Below are positions 36,948 through 48,165 of a DNA stretch of 49,262 nt, in pieces. A model generated the notes under the pieces. The model searched no databases. It worked only from the letters and a program-made list of their open reading frames with translations, and was not told the origin of the DNA. Source of the stretch: Octopus bimaculoides. Taxonomy: Eukaryota. The DNA is taken from assembly GCF_001194135.2 (NCBI RefSeq), contig NC_068987.1:72403031-72452292 (forward strand), read 5' to 3'. How positions within the stretch are numbered: the stretch's first letter is position 1; every line of letters begins with the position of its first letter. A program made the position numbers and the translations under genes.

Positions 36948-37037
36948 ATAATGGAGGTAATATAGTACTATAGTATCTGGATAAGGAAAGTAATATAATG
37001 GAGGTAATATAGTACTATAGTATCTGGATGAGGAAAG
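36948..37037 (+). repeat. 47-bp tandem duplication containing the palindrome TATAGTACTATA
   Basis: ATAATGGAGGTAATATAGTACTATAGTATCTGGAT(A/G)AGGAAAG occurs at 36948 and 36995. Confidence 0.9.
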
Positions 37038-37119
37038 ATGATAATAGTTGTGACTGGAATTCCTGTGATTATAAGGTCTGACCAATATTAGTGCTGACTT
37101 GGAATTAAACAACAATAAC

Positions 37120-38487
37120 AACTTTATGATACCCTCTTGCAGACAACCTCATCGACAAATGACAGGGACATTCACGTTGTGGCTGGCAACTTCAATGGGC
37201 ATGTTGAACAACATCCGGGGAGCTTCCATAGTGTACATGGTGAAAACAGATTTGGTTCCCGCAATGAGGAGGAAACCGGACTGCGGGAGTTCTGTGATGC
37301 AAATGATCTTATGATCTGTAATACTAACTGCAGGAAACCTGCCAGTCACCTGTTCACCTACCAGTCTGGTGGGCACACTAGTCAGATTGACTACATTCTT
37401 GCCAGGTAACAAGAAAGCTGGCTATTTATAAATGCCAAAAGTTTCCCAGATGAAGGATACACCCCACAACATAGGTTAGTAGTTAGATTCCATCACATGC
37501 CAGGGGAAAAAACAAGAAGTAGTTGATAGCTTCCATTACCTAGGTGACCAAGTCAGTAGCTGGGGTGGATACTCAGAGCATAGCTGCTAGAATAAGAATA
37601 GCCTGGGCAAAGTTCAGAGAGCCCCTTCCTCTACTGGTGAAATTTAGACTGTATGATGCATGTGTGCAAACAGCCATGCTATACAGCAGTGAAACATGGG
37701 CTGTGACTGCTGAGGACATGTGTAGGCTTGAAAGAAATGAACCGAGTATGCTCCGCTGAATGTGTAATGTCAATAAGCGTCCTGAGAGAAAAGTTGGATA
37801 TAAGAAGCATCAGATGTGGTGTTCAAGTGAGACGACTGCGTTGGTAAAGTCATGTGCTGCATATGGATGAGGACAGCTGTGTGAAGAAGTGTCACACCCT
37901 CACACTGGAAGGAACCTGTAGAAGAGGTAGACCCAGGAAGACATGGGATGAGGTGGTGAAGCACAACTTTTGTACATTGGGCCTCAGAGAGGCAATGACA
38001 AGTAACCGAAAGCTTTGGAGATGTGCTGTGATTGAGAAGACCGGGCAAGTCAAGTGATATTGTAGCCATGGCCGATGCCAGTTTCGCATAACTGACTGGT
38101 TATAAGTACCCTTTAATCGTCGGGCAATATCCTATGCTTGAGAAGCCTTGTTGAGTCAAGTGAAATTGTAGTCATGGCCAATGCCAGTGCCGCTTGACAG
38201 ACAAGTAAAAAGCAACATTCAAACATGGTCAATGCCAGTACTACCTGACTGGCTCCTGTGCCAGTGACACGTAGAAAGCACCATTCAAGTGTGGTCGATG
38301 CCAGTGCCACCTGGTTGGCCCCTGTACCTGTGGTATGTAAAAAGCACCCACTACATTCTCAGAGTGGTTGGCATTAGGAAAGGCATCCAGCTGTAGAAAC
38401 CTTGCCAGATTAGATTGGGGCCTGGTGCAGCCACCTGGCTTGCCAGTCCTCAGTCAAGCCATCCAACCCATGCCAGCATGGAAAGCA

Positions 38488-38516
<29 letters not shown>
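37120..38516 (+). mobile_element. RTE-clade LINE, internally deleted (APE end fused to post-RT C-terminus) with 3' UTR and (GAT)n tail
   Basis: APE: VAGNFNGHV...FGSRNEE...LREFCDANDLMICNT...SQIDYIL...PQHRLVV (to ~37486). Then directly: EVVDSFHYLGD...RIRIAWAKFRE...RLYDACVQTAMLYSSETW...GRPRKTW...KLWR. The tail ends CCATGCCAGCATGG...(GAT)n. Confidence 0.92.
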
Positions 38517-38519
<3 letters not shown>

Positions 38520-39526
38520 CAGGCTAATGAGGTAGTTATGAAGTAGTTTCTCAACCTGCCAGAAACAGCAGCCAAATTACATTGAATTATATCCAACCAT
38601 CTTTTAAAAAAACCGATGAAAAAGGACACATCAGATAACAAAGTAGTAGATACATGAAAAAGCAAATGATCATGGCTAGAATGATTTTGATCATGTCTGC
38701 TCAATCTCAAAAAACTGACCAGAGGTTAAGCAAAAACAACTTCATTACACACACAAAGTTTACATTCTCATGGATAAAGAAAATAAATTATTACCTACTA
38801 AAATATAACACTAATTACTTTCAACCATATAATTATGCTAAGTTTAGTCATACACACACTACATGTGAATCATCCTGAAACCTCTTGAAATAATTCAAGA
38901 GAATTTATGGTATCCAACTAATTTATCTAATTCAGGGTCACAGAATCTGGGACACTTCATTCAATTTAACTTCTGCTCTTAACTACAGCCCTTCATGATC
39001 ATTGTTAATTTTTAGACATTTTTCACCAGTTGCCATCCCTACTTTCATGGTTAATTTCTCTGGGTCCTGTTCTTATAAAAGAATGCACATGCAAAAGTTA
39101 TCCTTTAGTGGAAGCTGACTACTGGAATGTAATGTTCTGTGCTTAGAAAAGTAATGGAATAGAAGACACTATCTTACTTAGGAATTTGTCATGATGCTTG
39201 ACATCTTTAAGTGATATAGTTAAGCTTACAGTGTCAGACTCACCATTTGCCAATCCTGTTCCAGTTCTCAATAAAATTCTCAGATATCAATTTTCATTTC
39301 ACAACAATACTACTTTTGAAGAAGTAAAACTTTCTGAGTTATCAAAGCTGGGAATATCATTTCATTTACTCTGCTTCCCAAGGGTGAAACAGGTGGAAAT
39401 TTCAGGCAAGTAAAATTTGGCAACACTAGAGTGAGGTTGAGAGCCATTAAATTTTATATCAGGACATGTGTGTCCAAGTATTATATCCAAGCAGAAATTG
39501 TTATTTGTATAACTTTACAGCAAATA

Positions 39527-39740
39527 CAAGGGGATGCTGAAAAGTTTCTGGTTTTAGGTAAAAAAAAAAAAAAATACAGGAGGATCAGTTATTTTATTCA
39601 AAATATTCCCCTCTCAGATTCACACACTAAATGCAGCAGTCCAGTTTTTCTAAGCCCTGTAAAAGAACTTGGAAGATTGGGCCTCCAGTCAGGCCTTTCA
39701 CAATACCCTTAAAGCCAGGAACTTTTTTAAGACCCCCTTG
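39527..39740. mobile_element. Mariner-derived MITE with ~33-bp TIRs and TA TSD
   Basis: TA|CAAGGGGATGCTGAAAAGTTTCTGGTTTTAGG ... CCTTAAAGCCAGGAACTTTTTTAAGACCCCCTTG|TA. The interior resembles a decayed mariner 3' end on the minus strand. Confidence 0.8.
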
Positions 39741-40659
39741 TATAGCACAGTGAATTTGTATGTTCTTGTAATTTGAACATAAACTGCTTTGATGCCATTT
39801 TGTTTAGCAATATCAACTTGAGGCCATTGCTTACATTTATGAAACCCAAGCGAGCATTGATTGATTGAAATTCACTATATTGATAAATGCACAATCCAAA
39901 AGATGTTTCAATGAAACTGAAAAACTGGAATGAAAGACAAGTTTGCCAATACCATTTTTACTTGTTTCAGGCATTGGACTGCAGTCATGTTGGGGCACTA
40001 CCTTGAAGAGTTTAGTCAAGCAAATCAATCCCAGGACTTATCTTTTTAAGTTTGGTACTTATTTCAAGTTATGAAAACATAAACAAACCATCACTGGTTG
40101 TCAAGTGGAGGAGCTGAACAAACATATGCATACACACATGGTCTTCAACACAGTTTCTGTCTACCAAATTCACTAACAAGACATTGTCAACCTGGAGCTA
40201 AAAATAGAAGACATTTTCCCAAGGTATTGCACAGTGGGACTGAACCTGAAATCACTTGGATGCAAAACAAGCTTCTTAACCACACAACCATGCCTGCACC
40301 CATAATTTCAAAAGTATTGAACTGAGTGACTCCCTACTCCATTTCTTTTCCAAATATTACATTCCAGTAGTTCAACATCCCCTACTAAACAATTGCATTT
40401 ACATATGCATACAGTCTAAAGTAATTCTTTAGAAGATGAAGCTGAACAACCAGAATGACAAGTTTGCCTACGTTACCCTTTTTTAACAGATGTAATTTTT
40501 ATGAACGTGCTAATAAATGCTAAACTTTTTTCAGTGAAGTCCAAAACTCTGGCTTGTAATGCTGCTGCTTTCAAGGCCAGTATCTTGTTTTTAATTAGAA
40601 TCACATTAAATCCACTTATCCCTATTTAGGTGATAATATTCATCCTCATCATGATGATG

Positions 40660-41050
40660 ATCATTTTAGGGTCCACCTTTCCATGCTTGCATAGGTCGCA
40701 TGGAAATTGTAGAAGCAGATTTTCTAACTAAATGCTCTTCCTGTTGTTAAACCCTCACCTGTTTCCAAATAAAGTAATATTTCCCTATGGTCAGACATGT
40801 TTTCATAGACGATTGGAAATAAAGACTACTGCTTGTATGACAGTGATACTTGCTTACAACTACTGCATGATGTTGAGACAAATACACACACACACACACA
40901 CACTGTAAGCTGCTTTCAATTTCCATCCTTCAAATCCACTCACAAGGCTTTGGTCAGTCTGGCACTATAGTAGAAGACATTTGTCCATAGTACCATGCAG
41001 TGGGACTGAACACAAAATGATGTGGTTGGGAAACAAACTTCTTAACCACA
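40660..41050 (-). mobile_element. Composite SINE A head + (CA)n + G tail; a second such copy at ~42375-42775 and a G-only copy at ~46625-46830
   Basis: (ATG)n..CCATGCTTGCAT.GGTC...GCAGATTTTCT...CTGTTTCCAA..AAAGTAATATTTCCC...(CA)n...AAATCCACTCACAAG..TTTGG...CATGCAGTGGGAC.GAAC. Confidence 0.8.
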
Positions 41051-44000
41051 GAATCATTATGTTTTGAAATCTACTAAGTGGAAAGGAGATGATCACAACT
41101 CTAATAAGAAAATGCTTTTGGTAAAGCAAGCATCAACTTCTTTGCTAATGAGTACTTATAGTGTGCTTCACTTTAGATGTGGTGCCAACAGGGCTCTGTA
41201 AATGTACAATGGTTGGCAATTGCTCATCACTGAACAGCTGACCAGGTCAAGATGAACAGGTGATGTACATCTCAGCCCACAGTCAATTATACCAACTCCA
41301 GTCCTTGACCAGTACTTATTTTATAGACATCTTGGGGGAATGAAAACAAAGTCGAACTCAATGGGATTTGAATTCAGAATATAAAGGAAAGTAAATAAAG
41401 AACTGCAAAGCATTTTATCCAATTCTTCCAAATCTGACCAAATTAATACAAGTCTGAATGGCCCAGTCCAACTAATAATAATTCAGTACCCTGGAAAAGT
41501 CTGCTGCAAAATCTAGTCCTTGTTGCAATGTGATGACTTGTGTGTCTCAATGACTTTAAGAGCTAAGCCAGCAGAGCACAAGCTCCTGATGAGTTTTTCA
41601 ATGCTGGACAGGTCAAAGGATAGGAAGCAAACTTATTTGGACCACTTATTCCTAGAAGTAAGAATAGGTTTGTGTAGGGCCAACAACCCTGCCTAGAAAA
41701 AAAAAAATACTAAGTTTCAGAAACATCAATGACAATACAAAACCAAGACCTAGGATATATCCCCCCACCAACCATCCTACCCCATACTATACTGACTGAG
41801 TGGCTTTGCTCAGTCTAGAATACTGGAGAAAAGTTGTCAATGGCCTCTGCTCCATGGAGAGCAAAGGGCTTGAGAAGAAGCTCAACTGGCTAGAAATACC
41901 AGCAAAATTTACTTCATATCAGACCTAACTGCCTTTAATAAGGAAATGGCATTAGGTAATATAGTCCTACTTAAAACTCTAAAAATGCTATACTACATAA
42001 TATATCCTGGTTTTAAACAACACTGTACATAAAAGATACATGCAAACACCTTGTCTTTATATACAAAAATTTAAATCAGTTAAACAAGTTTCGGTCCTAT
42101 TGGGTTTCATCAGTGCCTAAATACCCTCTCTGGCATCTACAACATATTCTATTGATAAATTACTGTTGTGTTGTATTTCAATGATATACTGTACGATAGA
42201 ATATATAAATAGATTTTAGCTAATATTGTACGTATAAACATATAATGACCTGCCTTTATGTACAATATCATTATGAATAGATTAAGATGGAAATGAATTT
42301 GGTCGATCTCTCTCTTTTTCTATTCATGAAGATATTGTATATAGAGAGGTGTTTACATCTATCTCTACATACAGTCATCACCATTTAACATCCACTTTTC
42401 TATGCTTGCATGGGTCAGACAGAATTTATTGAGGCAGATTTTCTATCACTAGATACCATTCCTGTTGCCAAGTCTCAACTGTTTCCAAGCAAAGTAATAT
42501 TTCCCCCATGGCCAGACATATTTTTTGGAGAAGACTGGAAATGAACAACATGCTCATTTAAAACAATCATGTGATTTCAAGACAAGGGTACATACATACA
42601 TGCACACACACACACACACATACACACAACAAGCTTCCTTTAGTTTCCAGCTACTGAATCCACTCACAAGTCTTTGGTTGCTCAGGGTTATAGAAGACAA
42701 TTGCCCAAGGTGCCATGCAGTGGGACAGAACCCAAGATCACATGGTCCAGAAGCAAAATTTTTAACATAGCCCTGTCCACAGAGTTGTCTAAAATTTTTT
42801 GAATATGTTTCGTGATACAGAACATTATTGAAACAAAAACACTGCTTATGTACAAGAAACATACCTCTAAAATGACTTGGCTGATCATGGATGCCTTCAC
42901 TCATAGATCTGCTCAGTTAGGCTTGACCTTGGGCTAAGCAACAACAAAAACTGAGTAAATAGACAGACGTTTACTATTTTGCAAGTACTTAACCTAAATC
43001 CTTCTCCTATCTGGTAGACAGTAACAGAAACTAAGATAGATGCCCTTTTCTGTCTTAAATAGGGCTTAGTACCCACTGATGTTCAGATAAGTCAAACAAT
43101 AGACCTGCTGTCACACTTGTATCATGGGATAAAGATGAATAAAGCAATGTTACAGGATTAAGGCAACTGAAGCAGATGTAATCCTCAGTGCAACATAGAG
43201 GAACAGAAGTCAAAGAAATGATTTAGATATTAAACTGAATAAAATAATCATTCAATTTATGGTAGCGTATGTATGTATGAGGGAATGGGATAACTTGATG
43301 ATGAGGAGGAGGATGACAGTAATAACGATGATAATAGTGATAGGCCAACATTATCAATTTCATTTCTTTATAGAACACCTTAAATTGAATATAACACACA
43401 CACACGCACACACACACACACACACACTCAAATACCAAGCACTGGGAAAATATCAACAGACAAATGAAACTAGCAAAACATTTGTAATTTACAATTTTCT
43501 CCACCTTTTCCACACCCACACAATGTGTGTGTGTGTGTGTGTGTGTGTGTTCTTTCGTTCGTCTGTACACACACATGGTGCAGTCCATCCCAGGCTACAC
43601 AGAAGACAGTTAAATAATAATGGTGGTTCAGACAACCCTTTAGCATTTAAATGATATATAGACGTTTTCTTTTATCGTTACAATTTTGTTAAAATATATT
43701 TTAAATAATATCTTTACTATTTCATTGTAAATGTCATTTGATATACATATTTTGTTTCATATAATTCAGAAAGACGAAAAGAATCAAAAGAAAAGAGAAT
43801 ATTCATTGGTCTAAAATAGCACAAGGAAAAAGGGAAAAACAGTCTATTCACTTTCAAGTGGTTTACAGCTACAAATCTCAGTTGCTAAAGTCTGGAAAGC
43901 CTAATAGTTTCAATGAAAAACAGCCATCTTTCAGTTTCCATCTACCAAATCCACTCACAAAGCTTTGGTCAGCCCAAGGCTATAGTAGAAGACACTCGAT

Positions 44001-44462
44001 CAAGGTGCCATGCAGTGGGACTGAACCCAGAACCATGTGGTTGGGAAGCAAGCTTCTTATCACACAGCCATACCATACCTGTACCTATATGCATATATTT
44101 GGCAGAAGTATTTGATAAACCTGTGGCGGGGGGCATATGTAATGTATCCAATCTGGAAATAAATATACTGTATATAAATCACTCCACCAACACCAGAAAC
44201 ACCAAAACTATTCTGTGGCTAATACTATTACTGACCCTTATCTTCAACCCTATCAAAACCCATGCACCTCATAACGAACCATTCCTTTCTCCACTTCTAT
44301 GACTGAAGAGAGAAATTTAAAAAAAAGGAAAAGAAATAAAAGTGATGCTTCAAAAATAGTGTGTGTGTGTGTTTTGCATAAAATGTCACATTCTTGTTGT
44401 TATATGCTTACATGAACATAAGGCATTTGAGTACAATGAATCATTGAATTTTAATTTTAGTA

Positions 44463-44506
44463 AAGAAGAAGAAGAAGAAGAAGAAGAAGAAGAAGAAGAA
44501 GAAGAA
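44463..44506 (+). repeat. (GAA)n trinucleotide microsatellite
   Basis: Direct reading. Confidence 0.95.
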
Positions 44507-44863
44507 ACATGTGTTTGTTAATATAAAAAAAAAAATTTGTGTGAAATAAAACAAGAGGATTGTGCGATATTGTTGTTCAAGTGTTGACTCAGGTCCACTG
44601 TTGGCTGCAGCTGTGTTGAACCTAAGTAAGTCAGTTATTCTGCATGTTTTGGAGATTGCTAATTAACATTGCTTTCATAATGACGAGGCAGTCACAGATG
44701 GTTGAGTTGATAGGGTTCTGGTTTGCTCTGCCAACCAAACAATGGATAGTTCACGTTTTCTGTCCATGGCCAAGACACTTCTACTGATTCAGTTAATTTA
44801 GCTACAAATAGATACACACAATTTCTTCATGCCCCATCATCATCGTCATTATTTAACATCCTT

Positions 44864-45052
44864 AAAGGCAGTGAGCTGGGAAAATTGTTAGCACACAGGG
44901 TAAAATGCTTAGCAGCATTTCTGAGTTCAAATTCCACTGAGGTCGACTTTGCCTTTCATCCTTTCGGGGTACCAATTGAGCAGTGGGGTCGATGTAATTG
45001 ACTAGCGCCCCTCCCCAAAATTTCATGCCTTATACCTATAGTAGAAAGGATT
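44864..45052 (+). mobile_element. Deu/Nin-domain-like tRNA SINE, well preserved, with a small internal deletion
   Basis: GGCAGTGAGCTGG...GAGTTCAAATTCCACTGAGGTCGACTTTGCCTTTCATCCTTTCGGGG|TACCAATTG...GGGGTCGATGTAATTGACT. The GCCTTTCATCCTT core is characteristic of Deu-domain SINEs. Confidence 0.75.
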
Positions 45053-45946
45053 ATTTAACATCCTTATTCCATGCTGGCATGTGTTGGACAGTTTGATCTG
45101 ATGGACCTGAGGACTACATCGTGCTTCAAGGTCTGCTGTGGTATGCTTTCTATGGCTGGATGCTCTCTCTCTCACACCAACCACTTTACAGCGTATACTA
45201 AGTTTTCTTTTTTTGCCAACAACATATCCATTCTATTCATAATCAGAACAAATTAACAAGGGATCAAACTATTTATATTCCAAACTATTTATATTCCATT
45301 TATCCACTATATCTGCATGCAGTAAGAGATGTCTAAAAGGGTTGATACCAATGAGGACATTCCACCATAAAACACTATGTCAACAGAATGTCCAACAGAT
45401 TCCAGTATGGAAAAGGCAATGTAAAAACAGAGATGATGAATACTGTTATTGGTGCTGTCCTGGGTTTATAACCAAGACAATGAACCCATTGCCCTAGCTA
45501 AGTTATCTGTAAATAAATTCATGATTAGGTACAGAAAGATAAAATCCAAGAAAACTCACTGACTATTCTTCACAACTTGGATTCTTTTAATAAGTTAGTT
45601 GGAAGTGAGGGCAGACCATAGGAACTGTCCCATGATCTTCCCAGGCTCTCCTGGCAAGATTGATGTGACCAACACCAGGTCTGAATATCTGCAGAATAAA
45701 TGAGGCTAGAGAGTAAACTGGAGGTCTTGTCAGTATGCTTGTAACAGATTGAACTCTGCTAAATGTTAAATATGTCACTAGGTGAAGTGAAGCTAAAATA
45801 ATTAAGCATCCTGTAAAAAAGTTTGTAGGACGAGACATGAAACCTGAGCTCACAATCCAACACTTTATCATCGCAGATATTTCAACTCACAACCATTTTA
45901 AGTTATAAGTTCTAACAGGTGTCTTTTCCCAAAATATTTACTATCA

Positions 45947-46108
45947 GGCACAGGTTGGCTGTGTGGTAAGGGGCTTGCTTCACAACCACATGGTTCCAGA
46001 TTCAGTCCCACTGTGTGGCACCTTGGGCAAGTGTCTTCTACTATAGCCTCAGGCCAACCAAAGCCTTGAGAATGGATTTGATAGACAGAAGCTGAAAGAA
46101 GCCCATTG

Positions 46109-46206
<98 letters not shown>

Positions 46207-46470
46207 AATGTATATATTTATGTGTCTGTGTTTGTCTGTATGTATCTGTATTTATGTGTCTTTATGTCTGTATTTGTCACCCCATCATCACTTGACAATC
46301 GATGGTGGTGTGTTTACGTACCCGTAACTTAGTGGTTTGGCAAAAGAGACTAATAGAATAAGTACTACGCTTAGAAAGAATAAGTCCTGGGGCCAATTTC
46401 TTTGACTAGAGATGGTGCTCCAGCATGGCTGCTGTCAATGATTGAAACAAATAAAAGAATAAAAGAATAC
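45947..46470 (+). mobile_element. Composite SINE A + (TA)n(TG)n + B, the best-preserved plus-strand copy
   Basis: A-box TGGCTGTGTGG, B-box GATTCAGTCCC, body to GAAAGAAGCCC, microsatellite linker, then a B tail ending CCAGCATGG...ATGATTGAAACAAATAAAAGAATAAAAGAAT. Confidence 0.92.
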
Positions 46471-46909
46471 CACTGTTTTTTAACCTCTTTTATGGAGGAA
46501 TTTCAGCAATTCATAAAAGCTTTAAACTAAATTTTAAGAATTCATAAAATTCATTATTACATATATTAATATATTCACAAAACAAAAAAAGAAAATAAGA
46601 GAAATATATCATTGTTGTTGTCATTGTTTTAATGTCCATTTTTCCAGGCTTACATGGATGAAACAAAATTCACTACGGCATATTTTTCTACAGCCAGATG
46701 CCTTTCCTATTGCCAACCCTTTCTAAGCATGGTAATATTTCCTCAGGGTCAGACAAATTTTCATGGAAGACTGAAAACAAAGGGCCTTGCTTATATGATG
46801 GTGATATTCATTTATAACTATCACACAATATATAGGGTGTCAAACTAATGCACCTTGTTTGTTATTCCCACACCCGTCTCTGTCTTTTGCTTTTTTGTAC
46901 ATTTGAACC

Positions 46910-46940
<31 letters not shown>

Positions 46941-47037
46941 TAATAATAATGACAACAAAAGAATGAATGAAACCTCGATATTATGTAAATAGAGGAATTT
47001 ATCAATAATATAATATGTGATAATTAGTCACTTGCCA

Positions 47038-47100
47038 TAATAAAACTCAGAGTTTCGGATGTCGGGGCGGAATTCTGCTCCGGCATCTCATTAGTTATTA
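47038..47100 (-). ncRNA. Type I hammerhead ribozyme motif, near-complete fold
   Basis: Minus strand: TAATAA-CTAATGA-GATGCCGGAGCAGAATTCCGCCCCGACATC-C-GAAACT-CTG-AGT-T-TTATTA. It has a 6-bp stem I, a long stem II with 3 mismatches, a 3-bp stem III and a GUU triplet. Core deviations are G5>A and one extra C. Confidence 0.75.
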
Positions 47101-47395
47101 AGACAAACAAAAGAGCTATGAGAATGACCGTTAAATAAAGGGAAATTATCCGAATAGGGAGAAAGTAAAATTACTTGAAGTAGGTAAACACGCTCATAAA
47201 ATCCGCATATGCGTGCATGTGCATATATGCATATGTTCACTTACACTCACATAAAACACATACATGCACACCCACACACACACCTATATGTATACATATC
47301 TATGCATCCATGCACATGTACACATATACATACCTGCACACACGTATATACACCCATACTCGCACAATTATGTTCATATACATGTNNNNNNNNNN

Positions 47396-47441
<46 letters not shown>

Positions 47442-47443
<2 letters not shown>

Positions 47444-48126
47444 AAGGTTGGACAAAATAATGGAAACACCTTAAAATTTCAAACAAATTTAGAACCGCCT
47501 TTGGCAGTAATTACAGCTTGAATTCTATGAGCTATGGAGTCGTACAAAGTTTGAATTGTTTGAATTTTTGTCCATTCTTCAGCTAAAACAGTCTCCAATT
47601 TTTGTAGTAATGATGGTGGAGGATATCGACTCCTTACTTGTTTTTCTAAAATGCACCATAAATGTTCAATAATACTGAGATCTTGGGACTGTGGTGGCCA
47701 GATAAGATGTTCAACTTCACTAGAATGATCCTTGTGTCATTCAGGAACAACTTTAGCTGTGTGAATTGGTGCATTATCATCCTGAAAGATTGCGTTTCCC
47801 TCCGGAAACAATTCCACAACCATAGGATGAATTTGATCAGATAAAATGCTTAAATAGTCTTGACTATTAATTCTGCCATGAAGAGAAACCATTGGGCCGG
47901 TGGATTTCCAAGATATAGCCCCCACAGATCATCACAGATCCTCTTCCATGTTTAACAGTTGGAAGAAGGCAGTCTGGGTCAAATGCGTCTTTTGGCTGTC
48001 TCTGCATGTATACTCGGCCGGTGGTTGGAAATAAGGCAAAAGATGACTCGTTCGAGAAAATAGCATTCTCCCATTTTCAAAATTATGATGCTATGATGTT
48101 AGGTGTTCCATTATTTTGTCCAACCC

Positions 48127-48129
<3 letters not shown>
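47442..48129 (-). mobile_element. Tc1-like DNA transposon, internally deleted, both TIRs intact, inserted in (TA)n
   Basis: TIRs CAAAGGTTGGACAAAATAATGGAAACACCT and (rc) CAGGGGTTGGACAAAATAATGGAACACCT; TA on both sides. Confidence 0.92.
47479..48073 (-). pseudogene. Tc1 transposase catalytic domain (DD36E spacing) lacking the DNA-binding domain
   Basis: One frame: WENAIFSNESSF...TVKHGRGSVMICGAISW...IFQDDNAPIHTAKVVPE*HKDHSSEVEHLIWPPQSQDLSIIEHLW...AVITAKGGSKFV*, with one internal stop; the first catalytic D reads as N. Confidence 0.9.

Positions 48130-48165
<36 letters not shown>

Noticed and set aside
39198-39413. 71-aa protein-like ORF and a strong minus-strand donor (ATG|gtgagt near 39240)
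   Set aside because: No homology is recognisable, the ORF begins at a non-ATG codon, and no convincing acceptor gives an open exon.
41150-41240. Minus-strand frame LFSDEQLPTIVHLQSPVGTTSK
   Set aside because: Splice sites are weak and the peptide is unrecognised; too little support to list.
15851-41595. Other CTGATGA heptamers (~15852, ~21542, ~36233, ~41587)
   Set aside because: No stem II + GAAAC follows, so they are not hammerhead candidates.
45265-45296. 16-bp tandem duplication CAAACTATTTATATTC x2
   Set aside because: Real, but an ordinary short slippage event.
45330-45871. 94-aa minus ORF and protein-like plus frames
   Set aside because: No motif could be assigned; it may be a decayed element but cannot be supported from sequence alone.
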